Shown piece after piece: positions 9,896-19,629 of a DNA stretch of 64,000 nt (positions within the stretch are counted from its first letter, which is position 1; each line of letters begins with the position of its first letter). The translations under genes were made by a program, and so were the position numbers. Under the pieces are notes generated by a model that did not search any database, was not told the DNA's origin, and saw only the letters and a program-made list of their open reading frames with translations. The stretch covers positions 1-64,000 of the forward strand of contig JAZJZE010000001.1 of assembly GCA_040390065.1 (NCBI GenBank), written 5' to 3'. This stretch comes from a bacterium. GTDB taxonomy: Archaea; Thermoplasmatota; E2; JACPAO01; JAHFTW01.

Positions 9896-10294
9896 TCACG
9901 ACTTGGTGGGATGGTGGCGCTTGTAGGCGGCGGCCAGGTCGCGGTCGAACGTCATGAGTGCTTCGTCGGACGTCAAGGCGGCGACAAGGTTCCAGGCGTC
10001 GACGAAACTGAGGCGGGGCTGGGCGGCATGCATGGCCAGAACCTCGTCCAGCGGTGGTTGCCGGGCCTCGCGGAAACCTGCAAGGGCCCTGACGTTTGCC
10101 AGGGCGCGGCGCGACGCCGTCGCTCCGTTCATCCCGTTGGCCTTCGCGATGCGCCGGGCGACGTGGGCTACCTCGGCAAGGACGCCCCATGTCACCGTCA
10201 CCGGCTGGTCGTGCAATTGTCGTACGGCGGCGCCGTGGTGTTCATGGCCGTCGTCCAGGATGGCAACCAGGACGTTGCTGTCAACGATCGCCAC
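9896..10294 (-). CDS. vapC: PIN-domain VapC-type toxin
   Basis: IVDSNVLVA, LAEV, LSFVDA, TFD acidic PIN residues. Confidence 0.85.
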   Translation of the reverse strand: MAIVDSNVLVAILDDGHEHHGAAVRQLHDQPVTVTWGVLAEVAHVARRIAKANGMNGATASRRALANVRALAGFREARQPPLDEVLAMHAAQPRLSFVDAWNLVAALTSDEALMTFDRDLAAAYKRHHPTKS

Positions 10295-10511
10295 CGAAGT
10301 CCTCCTCCAGGATGCGTCGGACGCTGTATCGCTTCCGGGTGTGGAACAGGACGGCCTTGGAGAAATCGTTCCGAATCGCGGCCGGCAGGTCCACCTTGGC
10401 GTGGACGGCGGCGCCCGCGTGCAAGCCGAGTTTGGCCACTTCGCTGGAGGTGAGCCGGATCCCATATCCGTTGCCCCATTTCAGGAGCTTGCGGTCGACT
10501 TCGACACTCAT
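10281..10511 (-). CDS. AbrB/MazE-type antitoxin
   Basis: KLLKWGNGYGIRL N-terminus; overlaps the PIN gene start. Confidence 0.8.
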   Translation of the reverse strand: MSVEVDRKLLKWGNGYGIRLTSSEVAKLGLHAGAAVHAKVDLPAAIRNDFSKAVLFHTRKRYSVRRILEEDFGGDR

Positions 10512-10523
10512 CGGATGGACCAT

Positions 10524-10546
10524 GGGATAAACATCGGGATAAACAT
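10524..10546 (-). promoter_or_regulatory. Tandem 11-bp repeat, putative TA operator overlapping the promoter
   Basis: gggataaacat-c-gggataaacat just upstream of the antitoxin. Confidence 0.6.
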
Positions 10547-10643
10547 TGTGGACAGGCCAGGTTGTCTGCTATCCTTCGTGTGGGATTGTCGATGGGGCGC
10601 AGCGGGCCGCTGGCGGCGCGGGTTGGCGATACGCAACTGGCCC

Positions 10644-11165
10644 TTACGCTGCTCGCTTCCCTTTCCCAGGTCGGCCGTCCCAATACCAAGCCCCTTTCCC
10701 ATACCCCTCGTCGATGCCCACCTCGACGAAGGCGGTCTTGGTCGTGAATTTGGTGCGCTTCATGAATTCCTGGTAGACGTACTTCGCCAGGTCTTCCGCC
10801 GTCGTCGACGGCATGGGCACCATGAAACAGTCCTGGCGCGGGAAGCTGAACTCCTTTGGTTCGCCCGTGTACGGGTCGGTGACGCGGAACTTCACGTCCT
10901 TCTTGGTGACCTTGAGATTGGAGTAGTGGTTGGACTCCGTCGGGACGAGCACGAGATGGTCCATTTCGTCGCCGATCTGCTTCAAGGTGTCCGTGATGAT
11001 GCCGAAGTCGAGGACGATGCCCCACTCGTCCTGTTTGCCCGCCATGCGCAAATGGATGGCGTACGTGTGGCCATGCAGGCGGCCGCATTTCTTGTGCTCC
11101 GGCGTGATGTGTGCGGAACTGAAGCGGATCCCTTTGCGCCAGCCGTCGATCTTCAGTTCGAGCAT
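10644..11165 (-). CDS. queD: 6-carboxytetrahydropterin synthase (PTPS family)
   Basis: FSSAH, CGRLHGHTY, LDFG, TTAEDLA. Confidence 0.9.
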   Translation of the reverse strand: MLELKIDGWRKGIRFSSAHITPEHKKCGRLHGHTYAIHLRMAGKQDEWGIVLDFGIITDTLKQIGDEMDHLVLVPTESNHYSNLKVTKKDVKFRVTDPYTGEPKEFSFPRQDCFMVPMPSTTAEDLAKYVYQEFMKRTKFTTKTAFVEVGIDEGYGKGAWYWDGRPGKGKRAA

Positions 11166-11272
11166 GCATCCGCCACGGGCAGGGCCTTGAAAGGGGAATC
11201 GCAAGGCCAATCGGTGTGCGACTTCAGCCTCCTCTAGCCAAACCGCAAGTGGCCGCGGCCGTTCGCACGGAC

Positions 11273-11533
11273 ATGGATGCGGATGCCTGGCTTCTGACGC
11301 TTGCCGCGACGGCGGCAGGGGCAATCCTCGGCGGCGTGTCTGCATGGTTTGCCCAGCATCGGGTCGAGCGGTTCAAGCAGCGAAGCGACGACGTCCGCGC
11401 GCTTCAGGAGAAACTTCATACGCTTGACCTGCGAATGACCATTGTAGAGACCGAGATGGAAGTCTACGGGGCAACGGGGCGCCGAAAAACTTCCGGTCTT
11501 GACCGCGAGGAAAAGCATGATGGACAAGGCTGA
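11273..11533 (+). CDS. Small protein, N-terminal TM helix plus coiled coil
   Basis: Hydrophobic N-terminus followed by heptad-like segment; overlaps next ORF. Confidence 0.5.
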   Translation: MDADAWLLTLAATAAGAILGGVSAWFAQHRVERFKQRSDDVRALQEKLHTLDLRMTIVETEMEVYGATGRRKTSGLDREEKHDGQG

Positions 11534-11741
11534 CATCGAACGCGTGAGCATCCTGGCTGGTAGGGCCCAGAGGGTCCCATTGACCGCGGACGAGAAAGGC
11601 GAGATGCGGCGCCTGTTGGCAAAGCGGACGCCGCGCGCGCAGGACCTCGCCTGGGACGACCTCCTGGCCGCGACCTACGTGTTCCTTGGCGCTTACTTCA
11701 TGGGTGCCCTGCCGGAGAACGCCGACGCCGTCGTTTCGTAG
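11517..11741 (+). CDS. Small hypothetical protein
   Basis: 74-aa ORF with GAGG upstream, coupled to previous ORF. Confidence 0.5.
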   Translation: MMDKADIERVSILAGRAQRVPLTADEKGEMRRLLAKRTPRAQDLAWDDLLAATYVFLGAYFMGALPENADAVVS

Positions 11742-11784
11742 TGTCTGCCCAAACGCTAATCTTCGCCCCCCCGTCGCCGCATCC

Positions 11785-12537
11785 ATGGCCGGCGACTTTC
11801 CCCCCGAGATGGAACTGCGTGAGGTGACACTCGCTGGCACCTACGTCATGCTGGAGCCGCTCCGGCTGGCACACGCCAACGAGTTGTGGCCCGACGCCGT
11901 CGAACCGGGTCTCTTCCAGCACCTGGCGCCCGGCATGGAATCGAGCAAGGCGGACCTTGCCGCCTGGATCGGCCGGCGCCTCGAGGAGCAGGCCGCCGGT
12001 ACCGCCCTGCCGTTCCTGCAGCGCGACGCGGCAACACGGAAGGCCTTCGGCTGCACGGCCATGTTCGGCGTGTCGAAGCGGCACCACCGCCTCGAAATCG
12101 GCCACACGTGGCTTTCCAAGTCGCACCGCAAGACGCCGGCCAACACGGAAGCCAAGCTGCTGTTGCTGACGCACGCCTTCGAGACGATGAAGGCCGTGCG
12201 CGTGCAGTTCAAGGTCGACACCCGCAACGAGGCTGGCATCCGGGCCTTGGAGCGCATCGGCGCCGTGCGGGAAGGACACATGCGCAGCGAACGCATCCTC
12301 CTGGACGGCTTCATCCGGGACGCCTTCGTCTACTCCATCATCGACCCCGAATGGGCCGAGGTCAAGAAACGCCTGAACGGCTTCCTGTTCCACCGCGAAG
12401 GCATGGCGTACCTGGCCGCGCCGAAGCAGGGTCCACCGCTCATCCCGGGCTTGAACCCGCGCGTCACCCCGCCTCCCGGCATGCCGGTCTTCGCCCCTTA
12501 CACGCCAAGAGCCATCCCGCCGAAGGCGGTCAAGTAG
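11785..12537 (+). CDS. RimJ/RimL-like GNAT N-acetyltransferase
   Basis: LEIGHTW, NTEAKLLLLTHAFE, RN...RALERIGA.REG. Confidence 0.9.
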   Translation: MAGDFPPEMELREVTLAGTYVMLEPLRLAHANELWPDAVEPGLFQHLAPGMESSKADLAAWIGRRLEEQAAGTALPFLQRDAATRKAFGCTAMFGVSKRHHRLEIGHTWLSKSHRKTPANTEAKLLLLTHAFETMKAVRVQFKVDTRNEAGIRALERIGAVREGHMRSERILLDGFIRDAFVYSIIDPEWAEVKKRLNGFLFHREGMAYLAAPKQGPPLIPGLNPRVTPPPGMPVFAPYTPRAIPPKAVK

Positions 12538-12558
12538 CGGCGCGCCCTCTAAATCGCC

Positions 12559-13482
12559 GTGCCGGCTCGGCCGACTGTGCCGCGCGCGAAGCCGAAACCG
12601 TCGGGCGCCCCCGACGTGCAAGCCCGTGCCAGCCCGCGGCCGTTTGCATTGACGCGCGTTGGTGTGCGCGGCGTCAAGAAACCCGTCACCGTCCACCGGC
12701 CCAACCAGAAGCCGCACGGCGTCGTCGCCGTCTTCGACCTCTTCGTCGACTTGCCCAAGACGCAGAAAGGCACGCACATGAGCCGCAACTTGGAGGCTTT
12801 GGCGGACATCCTCGACGAGGAGATCAAGGGCGAAGCCCCAAGCCTGGAGAACCTGTGTCGTCGCCTCGCGCTGCGCCTGTTGGAACGGCACGACTACGCC
12901 ACGCAGGCTGAAGTCCGCGCCGAGGCCGATTATTTCCTCACCCGCAAGAACCCCGGAGGCAAGCCGAGCGTGGAGGCGTACCGGCTCATGGCCGAGGCCG
13001 ACGCCCGCCGCGACGGCAAACGGGCAACGTCGGTGCGGCGCGTCGGCGTCCAAGTCGTCGGAATGTCCGCCTGCCCCTGCGCAATGGAGACGGTGCGACA
13101 CTCCCTGGCCGAGGCCGGAAAGGCCATGCCTCTGGACGTCCCCGTCATCACGCACAACCAGCGCAACAAAGTGACGATCCTTCTCGACCTGCCCGGCGAC
13201 CTCGACATCGAAGCCGCAGACCTCGTGGACGTGTGCGAGGACGCCTTGTCGGCGCCCACCTTCGAGCTCCTCAAGCGGGGCGACGAGGGCGATCTCGTTC
13301 TGCAGGCGCACGGCCAACCGCGCTTCGTCGAGGACGTCGTGCGGGAAGCCCTGCACTTGGCGCAAGAACGGTTCGGCAAGCGCGGCGACTTGGGCATCTT
13401 CGTCTCGTCCGAAGCCGAGGAGTCCATCCACAAGCACAACGCCTACGCCGAGAGGCGCACGACCCTCGGGGCCGCGCAATGA
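12559..13482 (+). CDS. mptA: GTP cyclohydrolase of the MptA/FolE2 family
   Basis: PDVQ, KGTHMSR, ACPCA, THNQR, LLKR.DE, FVEDVVR, EESIHKHNA. Confidence 0.9.
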   Translation: MPARPTVPRAKPKPSGAPDVQARASPRPFALTRVGVRGVKKPVTVHRPNQKPHGVVAVFDLFVDLPKTQKGTHMSRNLEALADILDEEIKGEAPSLENLCRRLALRLLERHDYATQAEVRAEADYFLTRKNPGGKPSVEAYRLMAEADARRDGKRATSVRRVGVQVVGMSACPCAMETVRHSLAEAGKAMPLDVPVITHNQRNKVTILLDLPGDLDIEAADLVDVCEDALSAPTFELLKRGDEGDLVLQAHGQPRFVEDVVREALHLAQERFGKRGDLGIFVSSEAEESIHKHNAYAERRTTLGAAQ

Positions 13483-13988
13483 CGGCGCCCAAGACACGCT
13501 TTACAGTCTTCCTCGACCGCGACGGCGTCCTCGACAAGGACCGCTGGCCCGGCCTTCTTACGCCTCGCCAATGGAATTGGCTGCCCGGCGCCCGCGAAGC
13601 CCTCGCGCGGCTCAACCGGCCCGACGTCCAGGTCTGCCTCGCGACCAACCAGCCGTGGGCGCACACGGGCATCCTCACGACGCGCCGTTTGGCCGCCATC
13701 CACGCGCGCATGCTGGACGAGGCCCGGGCGGCTGGCGGCCGCATCGACCGCATCGAAGCCGCGACGTGGCCGTGGGGCCGCCGCCGCAAGCCGCGCCCCG
13801 GCATGCTCGAGGACGGCGCCGCAGCCTTCGGTGGCATCGACAAGGCACGCGCCATCATGGTGGGCGACAAGCCGCGCGACGTCGAGGCCGCGCGGCGCTT
13901 CGGCATCGCGGCCATCCGCGTCGGGCCACATGGCGACGTCCCGGACTTGGCGGCGGCTGTGGAGCGCATCCTCGGCCTCCTGGGCTGA
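13479..13988 (+). CDS. HAD-IIIA phosphatase (GmhB/HisB-like)
   Basis: FLDRDGV, TNQ, RKPRPGM, MVGDK; ATGA overlap with mptA. Confidence 0.85.
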   Translation: MTAPKTRFTVFLDRDGVLDKDRWPGLLTPRQWNWLPGAREALARLNRPDVQVCLATNQPWAHTGILTTRRLAAIHARMLDEARAAGGRIDRIEAATWPWGRRRKPRPGMLEDGAAAFGGIDKARAIMVGDKPRDVEAARRFGIAAIRVGPHGDVPDLAAAVERILGLLG

Positions 13989-14051
13989 GCCCCGAATCGA
14001 TTGCCAAGCCTGAAGTCCGGGCGCGGCCATGAAACGGTGGAAGGATTCGCC

Positions 14052-14573
14052 ATGGACGTGCTCGACGCCGGGGTCTTCGTCTCGAAGTGGGAGGCCCGCG
14101 TGCCGCGGCATGCGAAGATGACCCTATGGGGCCCGCTGCAGGCGCGTGAGATGGGCTTCGACGGCTGGGAGGTCCAGGACGGCGGCGAGACCGGCTTCGT
14201 GCTGCACAATGCGGGCGTCGCCCTGACGATGGGCCGCGCGACGTCGACGCTCATCTTCGTGCGCCGCCTCGAGAAGGCGTTCCTGACCATCTACTTCGGC
14301 GGCTACCCGACCGACGCGCCCGCAGAGCAGCGCAAGATGGACATGCGCAAAGTGGTGCAAGCCTGTGAATTGTTCCTCGGCCGGCTGTGCAAGGAATCCG
14401 TTTCTTTCCAATCCAAGGGCGAACTCACACTCGTCGACAACGGCACGGCGTCCGCTCCGACGGCGGTTGCTGCGGAGCCGGCGGGCATGAATGGGCCTCG
14501 GCGCATGAAGGGCGGCGGAGGCCGCATCGATACAATCGGCGAGCCGAAGAAGTCGGAGACGTGGGAAGTCTAG
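14052..14573 (+). CDS. Hypothetical protein
   Basis: Host-like codon usage; no recognised motif. Confidence 0.6.
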   Translation: MDVLDAGVFVSKWEARVPRHAKMTLWGPLQAREMGFDGWEVQDGGETGFVLHNAGVALTMGRATSTLIFVRRLEKAFLTIYFGGYPTDAPAEQRKMDMRKVVQACELFLGRLCKESVSFQSKGELTLVDNGTASAPTAVAAEPAGMNGPRRMKGGGGRIDTIGEPKKSETWEV

Positions 14574-14613
14574 CAGCCACGCGGATCCGCGGACGCGGCC
14601 GACCGGCGGCTTC

Positions 14614-16374
14614 ATGGCCACGCTCTCTGCTGCCGGCGTGATGAAGGAGGCCAATGGCACGGCAAGCACGAGCGCCCTGGCCCGCTCGCAGATCCTCATC
14701 GTCAACGTCTACACCTTCATCGCCGTCGTGTACTGCGGCGTCTCGAGTTGGCTCTTCTACACGGTCGCGGGAAGCCCGTTTCTCGGGGCGGTCCACCTCT
14801 TCAGCCTCACGGTCATCTCCGCGAATTTCCTCGTCCTCCAAGTCACGCGCAACTACACCTGGGCCACGCACGTGATTCTGTTCATCGGCACGCTCGTCGT
14901 CGGATCCCTTTTCGGAACGTCGGGTTGGGCTGGCTCGGGTTGGCTCTGGACCTTCGCGTACCTTCCGTACGCCTTCTTCCTGGCATCGACCTCGGTGGCG
15001 CAACTCTGGGTCAGCGTGCTCGTCGTGGTGGATGCCACGATCGTCATCCTGGGAAAGAGTGGCCGTATCCACACGCCCTACGACGACGTCGGGCTCCTGA
15101 ACTTCTTCGCCGCCCTGGGCATCTTTCTGTTGTGCATGTTCCTGTTCAAGCGCGCCGTCCTGAAGAGCGAACAGACGAACGCGCGGCAAGCCGACGAATT
15201 GGCCACCAGCAACGCCCAACTTTCGGCCCGTCAGGCTGACCTGGCGCAGGCGCAGCAAGTCGCCCGCCTTGGCTCCTGGACCTTCGACCCGGCAACGGGC
15301 CACAGCGAATGGTCGGAGGAGATGCGGCGCATGTTCGCGCTCCCGGCCGGCAGCCAGCCGCGTGGGCTCGACGGCCTTCTTGCCTTCGTCCATGTCGACG
15401 ACCGCCCGCGGGTCCAGGCTGACCTCACCGCCACGATGACCACGGGCCACCCTCTCGACTTCGAAGTCCGCCTCCTGCGCGCCGACGGCGTGCTGCGGCG
15501 TGCCCAGATCAACGCTCGTAGCGAACGCAACGCAAACGGCCACGTGACGCGGTTGCTTGGGACGGCGCAAGACGTCACGGAGGCGCGCGAAGCCGACGAG
15601 GCGCGGCAGAAGGCGGCGCTCCAGATGCAGGAGCTCGAGAGCCTCAAGGACGTCAACCGCCTCAAAACCCAATTCATGAACACGGCCGCGCACGAATTGT
15701 CGACGCCGCTGACGCCCATCAACCTCGAGCTTCGCCTGTTGCGCGACCAATTGGCCCAAGACGGCCCCGAGGCAGGCAACCGTTCGCTGGATGTCCTGCA
15801 GCGCAACATCGACCGCCTTGGCCTCCTGGTGCGCGACCTGCTCGAGGGTGCCCGCCTCCAGTCGGCCGCCGTCGGCCTGAAGCGGGCCCGTATCGACCTT
15901 GCTTCCCTTGCCCACGATTCGGTCGGGGCATTGGCCACGACCGCCAAGGTGGCGGGCGTGGAGCTCAAGGCGGACGCGACGCCGGGCCAGGCCGTCGACG
16001 GTGACGCCAAGCGGCTAGCCCTCGTCATCGACAACCTCGTCGGCAACGCCATCAAGTTCACGCCGGCCGGCGGGCACGTCGTCGTGAAGGTGCGTCGGGC
16101 AAGCGGCGGCGTCATGCTCCGCGTGGAAGACACCGGGGCCGGAATCCGCGAGCAGGACATCGCGCGCCTGTTCCAGCCGTTCTCGCAGGTGCACGACACG
16201 ACGCAGCAGAGCCGGCCGGGGACGGGCCTTGGTCTCTACATCAGCAAAGGCATCGTCGAGGCACACGGCGGTCGCATCGGGGTCGAATCTCCCGGGCCTG
16301 GCAAAGGGACAAGCTTCTGGTTCGTCCTGGCGGCATCGGATGCAGGTGCCGTGGTGGGAAGCGCGCCCGCGTAG
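14614..16374 (+). CDS. Membrane PAS-domain sensor histidine kinase
   Basis: N-terminal TM helices, PAS (GSW...VHVDDR), H box AHELSTPL, N box NAIKFT, G boxes DTGAGI and GTGLGL. Confidence 0.92.
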   Translation: MATLSAAGVMKEANGTASTSALARSQILIVNVYTFIAVVYCGVSSWLFYTVAGSPFLGAVHLFSLTVISANFLVLQVTRNYTWATHVILFIGTLVVGSLFGTSGWAGSGWLWTFAYLPYAFFLASTSVAQLWVSVLVVVDATIVILGKSGRIHTPYDDVGLLNFFAALGIFLLCMFLFKRAVLKSEQTNARQADELATSNAQLSARQADLAQAQQVARLGSWTFDPATGHSEWSEEMRRMFALPAGSQPRGLDGLLAFVHVDDRPRVQADLTATMTTGHPLDFEVRLLRADGVLRRAQINARSERNANGHVTRLLGTAQDVTEAREADEARQKAALQMQELESLKDVNRLKTQFMNTAAHELSTPLTPINLELRLLRDQLAQDGPEAGNRSLDVLQRNIDRLGLLVRDLLEGARLQSAAVGLKRARIDLASLAHDSVGALATTAKVAGVELKADATPGQAVDGDAKRLALVIDNLVGNAIKFTPAGGHVVVKVRRASGGVMLRVEDTGAGIREQDIARLFQPFSQVHDTTQQSRPGTGLGLYISKGIVEAHGGRIGVESPGPGKGTSFWFVLAASDAGAVVGSAPA

Positions 16375-16391
16375 GCAGGCAGGTGACTCAC

Positions 16392-17093
16392 TCAGGCGAC
16401 GGGGAGCGCGATGGGCCGCGCCTTCAGGCGCATGCTCCGGTGCGAAAGATGCCACAGCCTCAAACTTGCCGTCAACAGCCACGCGATGATGGTGCCGATG
16501 AGGACGCGTTCCGCAAGGCCATCCCACACAGGGCGAAGGAGCGTGGTGTGGGCGTCGATGAACGACAGGACACCGTACACCAGCGACGTGGCGACGCTCA
16601 GCCACGCGACCGCGTGGGCCGGCCAGCGCACGGCGCGCCAACGCGGATCACGGTGGAAACGCCAAGAGAGGATGACGAAGGAGATGGGCAGCATCACGAG
16701 GCCAACTCCGGAAAGGACGGCGTGGATCGAGCCGATGACGGTGTCGGGAATGACGGTCGGGTCGGTCGGGAAGAAACCCATCACCAGCACTTGCAAGCCG
16801 CCCAGGCCGAGAGCCCACGTCGCAATCTGCGCCCAGAACGTGCGCTGCATGGTGATGTGCAGTGCCGCCGCCATGGCCATGATGGCCACGCCCGCGACGA
16901 CCATCATGGCCGCCACGAGGACGCCGTCTCGGCCACGCACAAGCAGGCTGACGGTGTCGTGGTAGGGGTCCAGACTCGGTTGAAGGAGGCTGACGAGGAC
17001 AACGATTGCCGCGAACAGGATCGCCGCAGCGCAGGCGCCGGCCGCAACGAGCCGCAGGATCCCCCACGCGACCCGCGGTTCAGGGTCGCTCAC
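16392..17093 (-). CDS. DUF998-like membrane protein
   Basis: DTVSLL, FFPTDP, IH, GLAER pattern with multiple TMs. Confidence 0.7.
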   Translation of the reverse strand: MSDPEPRVAWGILRLVAAGACAAAILFAAIVVLVSLLQPSLDPYHDTVSLLVRGRDGVLVAAMMVVAGVAIMAMAAALHITMQRTFWAQIATWALGLGGLQVLVMGFFPTDPTVIPDTVIGSIHAVLSGVGLVMLPISFVILSWRFHRDPRWRAVRWPAHAVAWLSVATSLVYGVLSFIDAHTTLLRPVWDGLAERVLIGTIIAWLLTASLRLWHLSHRSMRLKARPIALPVA

Positions 17094-17406
17094 GTGCGGT
17101 CCATTCGTCCCAATGGTCGCGGAGCTTGTGTCATCCCTCAGCTGGCCCCCCATCCCTCACCGGCCTTCCATCGGGGACGGTTCGCATAAGGGGTTCCGTC
17201 GGGGCCGCCCTCGGCGCCGGGCTCCCCGCCGCGCCAGCATGCTGGATTGGCGCGGCGTCGCCCACCCCCGCTTCCGCTGCAAAAACCCCTAAATAGCACC
17301 CCTGTGTCGGCCGAGATACCGCGCCCCGTCGGGGTGTGCGAAACGGAAGGCTCGGCGCACTGCGCCTTGCCCCTCCGCGTCGCCGCTTCGCGGCTCCGCT
17401 CGGAAG

Positions 17407-18060
17407 GTGATTCCCATCGCCGAAAAAACTACCGTAGACGCTGTCGCCAAAGCCCTTTCCGAGGCCAAGGCGAAAGAGATCAAGTTCACGCAGACCGTGG
17501 ACTTGGCGATCATGCTCAAGAACGTCGACCTCTCGGTCCCGAAGAACCGCATCGACGAGGACATCATCCTCCCGAAAGGACGCGGCAAGCCGGCCAAGGT
17601 CGGCGTTTTTGCCCAGGGTGACGGCGCGTCGAAGGCCAAGAAGGTCGCCGACGTCGTCATCCAGCCCGACGAGTTCGAGAAGCTGCAGAAGGACAAGCGC
17701 CAGTTCAAGCGCGTCGTCAACGACATGACGTACTTCCTCGCCGAAGCGCCGCTCATGGCCAACATCGGCAAATCCCTCGGTGTCGTGTTGGGTCCCCGCG
17801 GCAAGATGCCGCGCCCGATTCCGCCCGGCGCCGACCCGGCCGGTCCGATCAGCAACCTGCGCAACACCGTGAAGGTCCGCTCCAAGGACAAGATGGTGTT
17901 CCACTGTGTCGCGGGCTCGGAGACGATGAAGGCCGAAGACATCGCTGACAACATCGAGGCGATCATGAAGCGCGTCGAATCGAAGCTCGAGCACGGCAAG
18001 ATGAACGTGGCCTCGGTGTACGTCAAGACCACCATGGGCCCCTCCGTGAGGCTGGTCTGA
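17407..18060 (+). CDS. rpl1: 50S ribosomal protein uL1
   Basis: FTQTVDL, LGPRGKMP, KTTMGP. Confidence 0.97.
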   Translation: MIPIAEKTTVDAVAKALSEAKAKEIKFTQTVDLAIMLKNVDLSVPKNRIDEDIILPKGRGKPAKVGVFAQGDGASKAKKVADVVIQPDEFEKLQKDKRQFKRVVNDMTYFLAEAPLMANIGKSLGVVLGPRGKMPRPIPPGADPAGPISNLRNTVKVRSKDKMVFHCVAGSETMKAEDIADNIEAIMKRVESKLEHGKMNVASVYVKTTMGPSVRLV

Positions 18061-19103
18061 TGTCCGCGGCAACGACGCACAAGGCACACGTGGCTCCGTG
18101 GAAGCACGACGAGGTCAAGCGCCTCACCAAGATTATCACGGACAGCTCCGTCATCGCCGTCGCAGAAGTCGGCGGCATCCCGGGACCCCAGATCCAGGCC
18201 ATGCGCCAGAGCCTGCGCGGCACCGTCGCGGTCGTCGGCGCCAAGAACCGCCTCCTGGCCCTCGCCATCAAGGAAGCGTCCAAGTCGCGCCCCGGCCTCG
18301 AAGCCCTCGCGGGCAAGCTGCACGGCCAGTCGGTCATCCTGGCGACGAACCAGAACCCCTTCAAGCTGTTCAAGTCGCTGAAGGCCGGCGCCTCCAAGGC
18401 CCCCCTCAAGGGCGGCCAGATCAGCCCCATCGACATCGTGGTCCCCAAGGGCGGAACGCCGTTCGGCCCGGGCCCCATCGTCGGTGAGCTGCAGAAGGTC
18501 GGCATCCCGGCGAAGATCGATGCGGGCAAGGTCGTCATCCAGAAGGACGCGACCCCCGTGCGCGCCGGCCAAGTCGTCTCCGCGGAACTCGCGGCGATGC
18601 TGCAGAAGCTGGAGATCAAGCCCATCGACCTGAAGATCGACCTCAAGGCCGCCTTCGAGAAGGACACGATGTTCCTCCCCGACGCGCTCGCCGTCGACGA
18701 GGACGTCATCTTCGGCCAGATCGGAGTCGCCGTGCGCACGGCCCGCGAAGTCAGCCTGCAGACCGGCTGGATCACGGCCGACACCGCCGACGCCCTGCTG
18801 GGCCGCGCCTACAAGCAGGCCATCGCCCTCATCCTGGAGAAGAACCTCAGCGTGGACGCTGCCGTCGAACAGACGGTCACGGCCGACTATGCCAAGGTCC
18901 TGGCCTCCATCGGGAAGAAGGAGAGCGACCTGTCCGAGGAACTGAAGAAGCGCCTCGGCGACGCAGTGAAGATCCTGAGCCAAGTGGCCGCGGCGGCTCC
19001 CGCCTCGGCCGGCGGTTCCAAGGCGCAAGCCGAGGAGAAGCCCGAGGAGAAGGGAGTCACGGAAGATGAAGCAGCCGCCGGATTGGGCGACCTGTTCGGA
19101 TAA
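18060..19103 (+). CDS. rplP0: 50S ribosomal protein uL10 (P0)
   Basis: APWK, KNRL, NPFKL, GTPFGPGP, C-terminal AAAGLGDLFG. Confidence 0.97.
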   Translation: MSAATTHKAHVAPWKHDEVKRLTKIITDSSVIAVAEVGGIPGPQIQAMRQSLRGTVAVVGAKNRLLALAIKEASKSRPGLEALAGKLHGQSVILATNQNPFKLFKSLKAGASKAPLKGGQISPIDIVVPKGGTPFGPGPIVGELQKVGIPAKIDAGKVVIQKDATPVRAGQVVSAELAAMLQKLEIKPIDLKIDLKAAFEKDTMFLPDALAVDEDVIFGQIGVAVRTAREVSLQTGWITADTADALLGRAYKQAIALILEKNLSVDAAVEQTVTADYAKVLASIGKKESDLSEELKKRLGDAVKILSQVAAAAPASAGGSKAQAEEKPEEKGVTEDEAAAGLGDLFG

Positions 19104-19126
19104 ACACCAAGGAGGAATGAACACAC

Positions 19127-19429
19127 ATGGAATACGTCTACAGCGCCCTGCTCCTGCACAGCGCCAAGAAAGAGATCAACGAAGCCCACGTCACGGCCGT
19201 CCTGAAGGCCGCCGGCGTCACCGCAGATTCCGGCAAGGTCAAGGCCCTTGTTGCCGCCCTCGATGGCGCCGACATCGGTGCCGCGATCAAGAACGCCACC
19301 GCCATGCCGGTCGCAGTCGCCGCCGGCCCCGCCGCCGGCCCCGCTGCCGCCAAGGCCGAAGAGAAGCCCGAAGAGAAGGGCGTCTCCGAGGAAGAGGCCG
19401 CAGCAGGCCTCGGCGCTCTGTTCGGCTAA
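19127..19429 (+). CDS. rpl12: 50S ribosomal stalk protein P1 (L12)
   Basis: [11 protein letters not shown]...GLGALFG; AGGAGG RBS. Confidence 0.97.
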   Translation: MEYVYSALLLHSAKKEINEAHVTAVLKAAGVTADSGKVKALVAALDGADIGAAIKNATAMPVAVAAGPAAGPAAAKAEEKPEEKGVSEEEAAAGLGALFG

Positions 19430-19449
19430 GCCTTCGTTGGCAAGGTCCT

Positions 19450-19484
19450 CACTTTTCCCCTCTTTCCACTTCTTTTCTTGGTTT
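19450..19484 (+). terminator. Pyrimidine/T-rich archaeal terminator of the L1-P0-P1 operon
   Basis: cttttcccctctttccacttcttttcttggttt after the stop. Confidence 0.6.
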
Positions 19485-19514
19485 CAACCGACGACGCCGC
19501 GCGCCGCCGTTACG

Positions 19515-19581
19515 AACCACTGAACTCACTGAAACCACTGAGCCGGGCGTCGTTTCAGTGGGTTCAGTGCGTTCAGTGGTT
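19515..19581. repeat. Palindromic element with 3x9-bp arms
   Basis: aaccactga-actcactga-aaccactga, 13-nt loop, tcagtgggt-tcagtgcgt-tcagtggtt. Confidence 0.85.
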
Positions 19582-19629
19582 AGGCCCGGCGTTGCGCAGC
19601 TTCATTCTGTGCGCCTCGCTGCCACCGCC

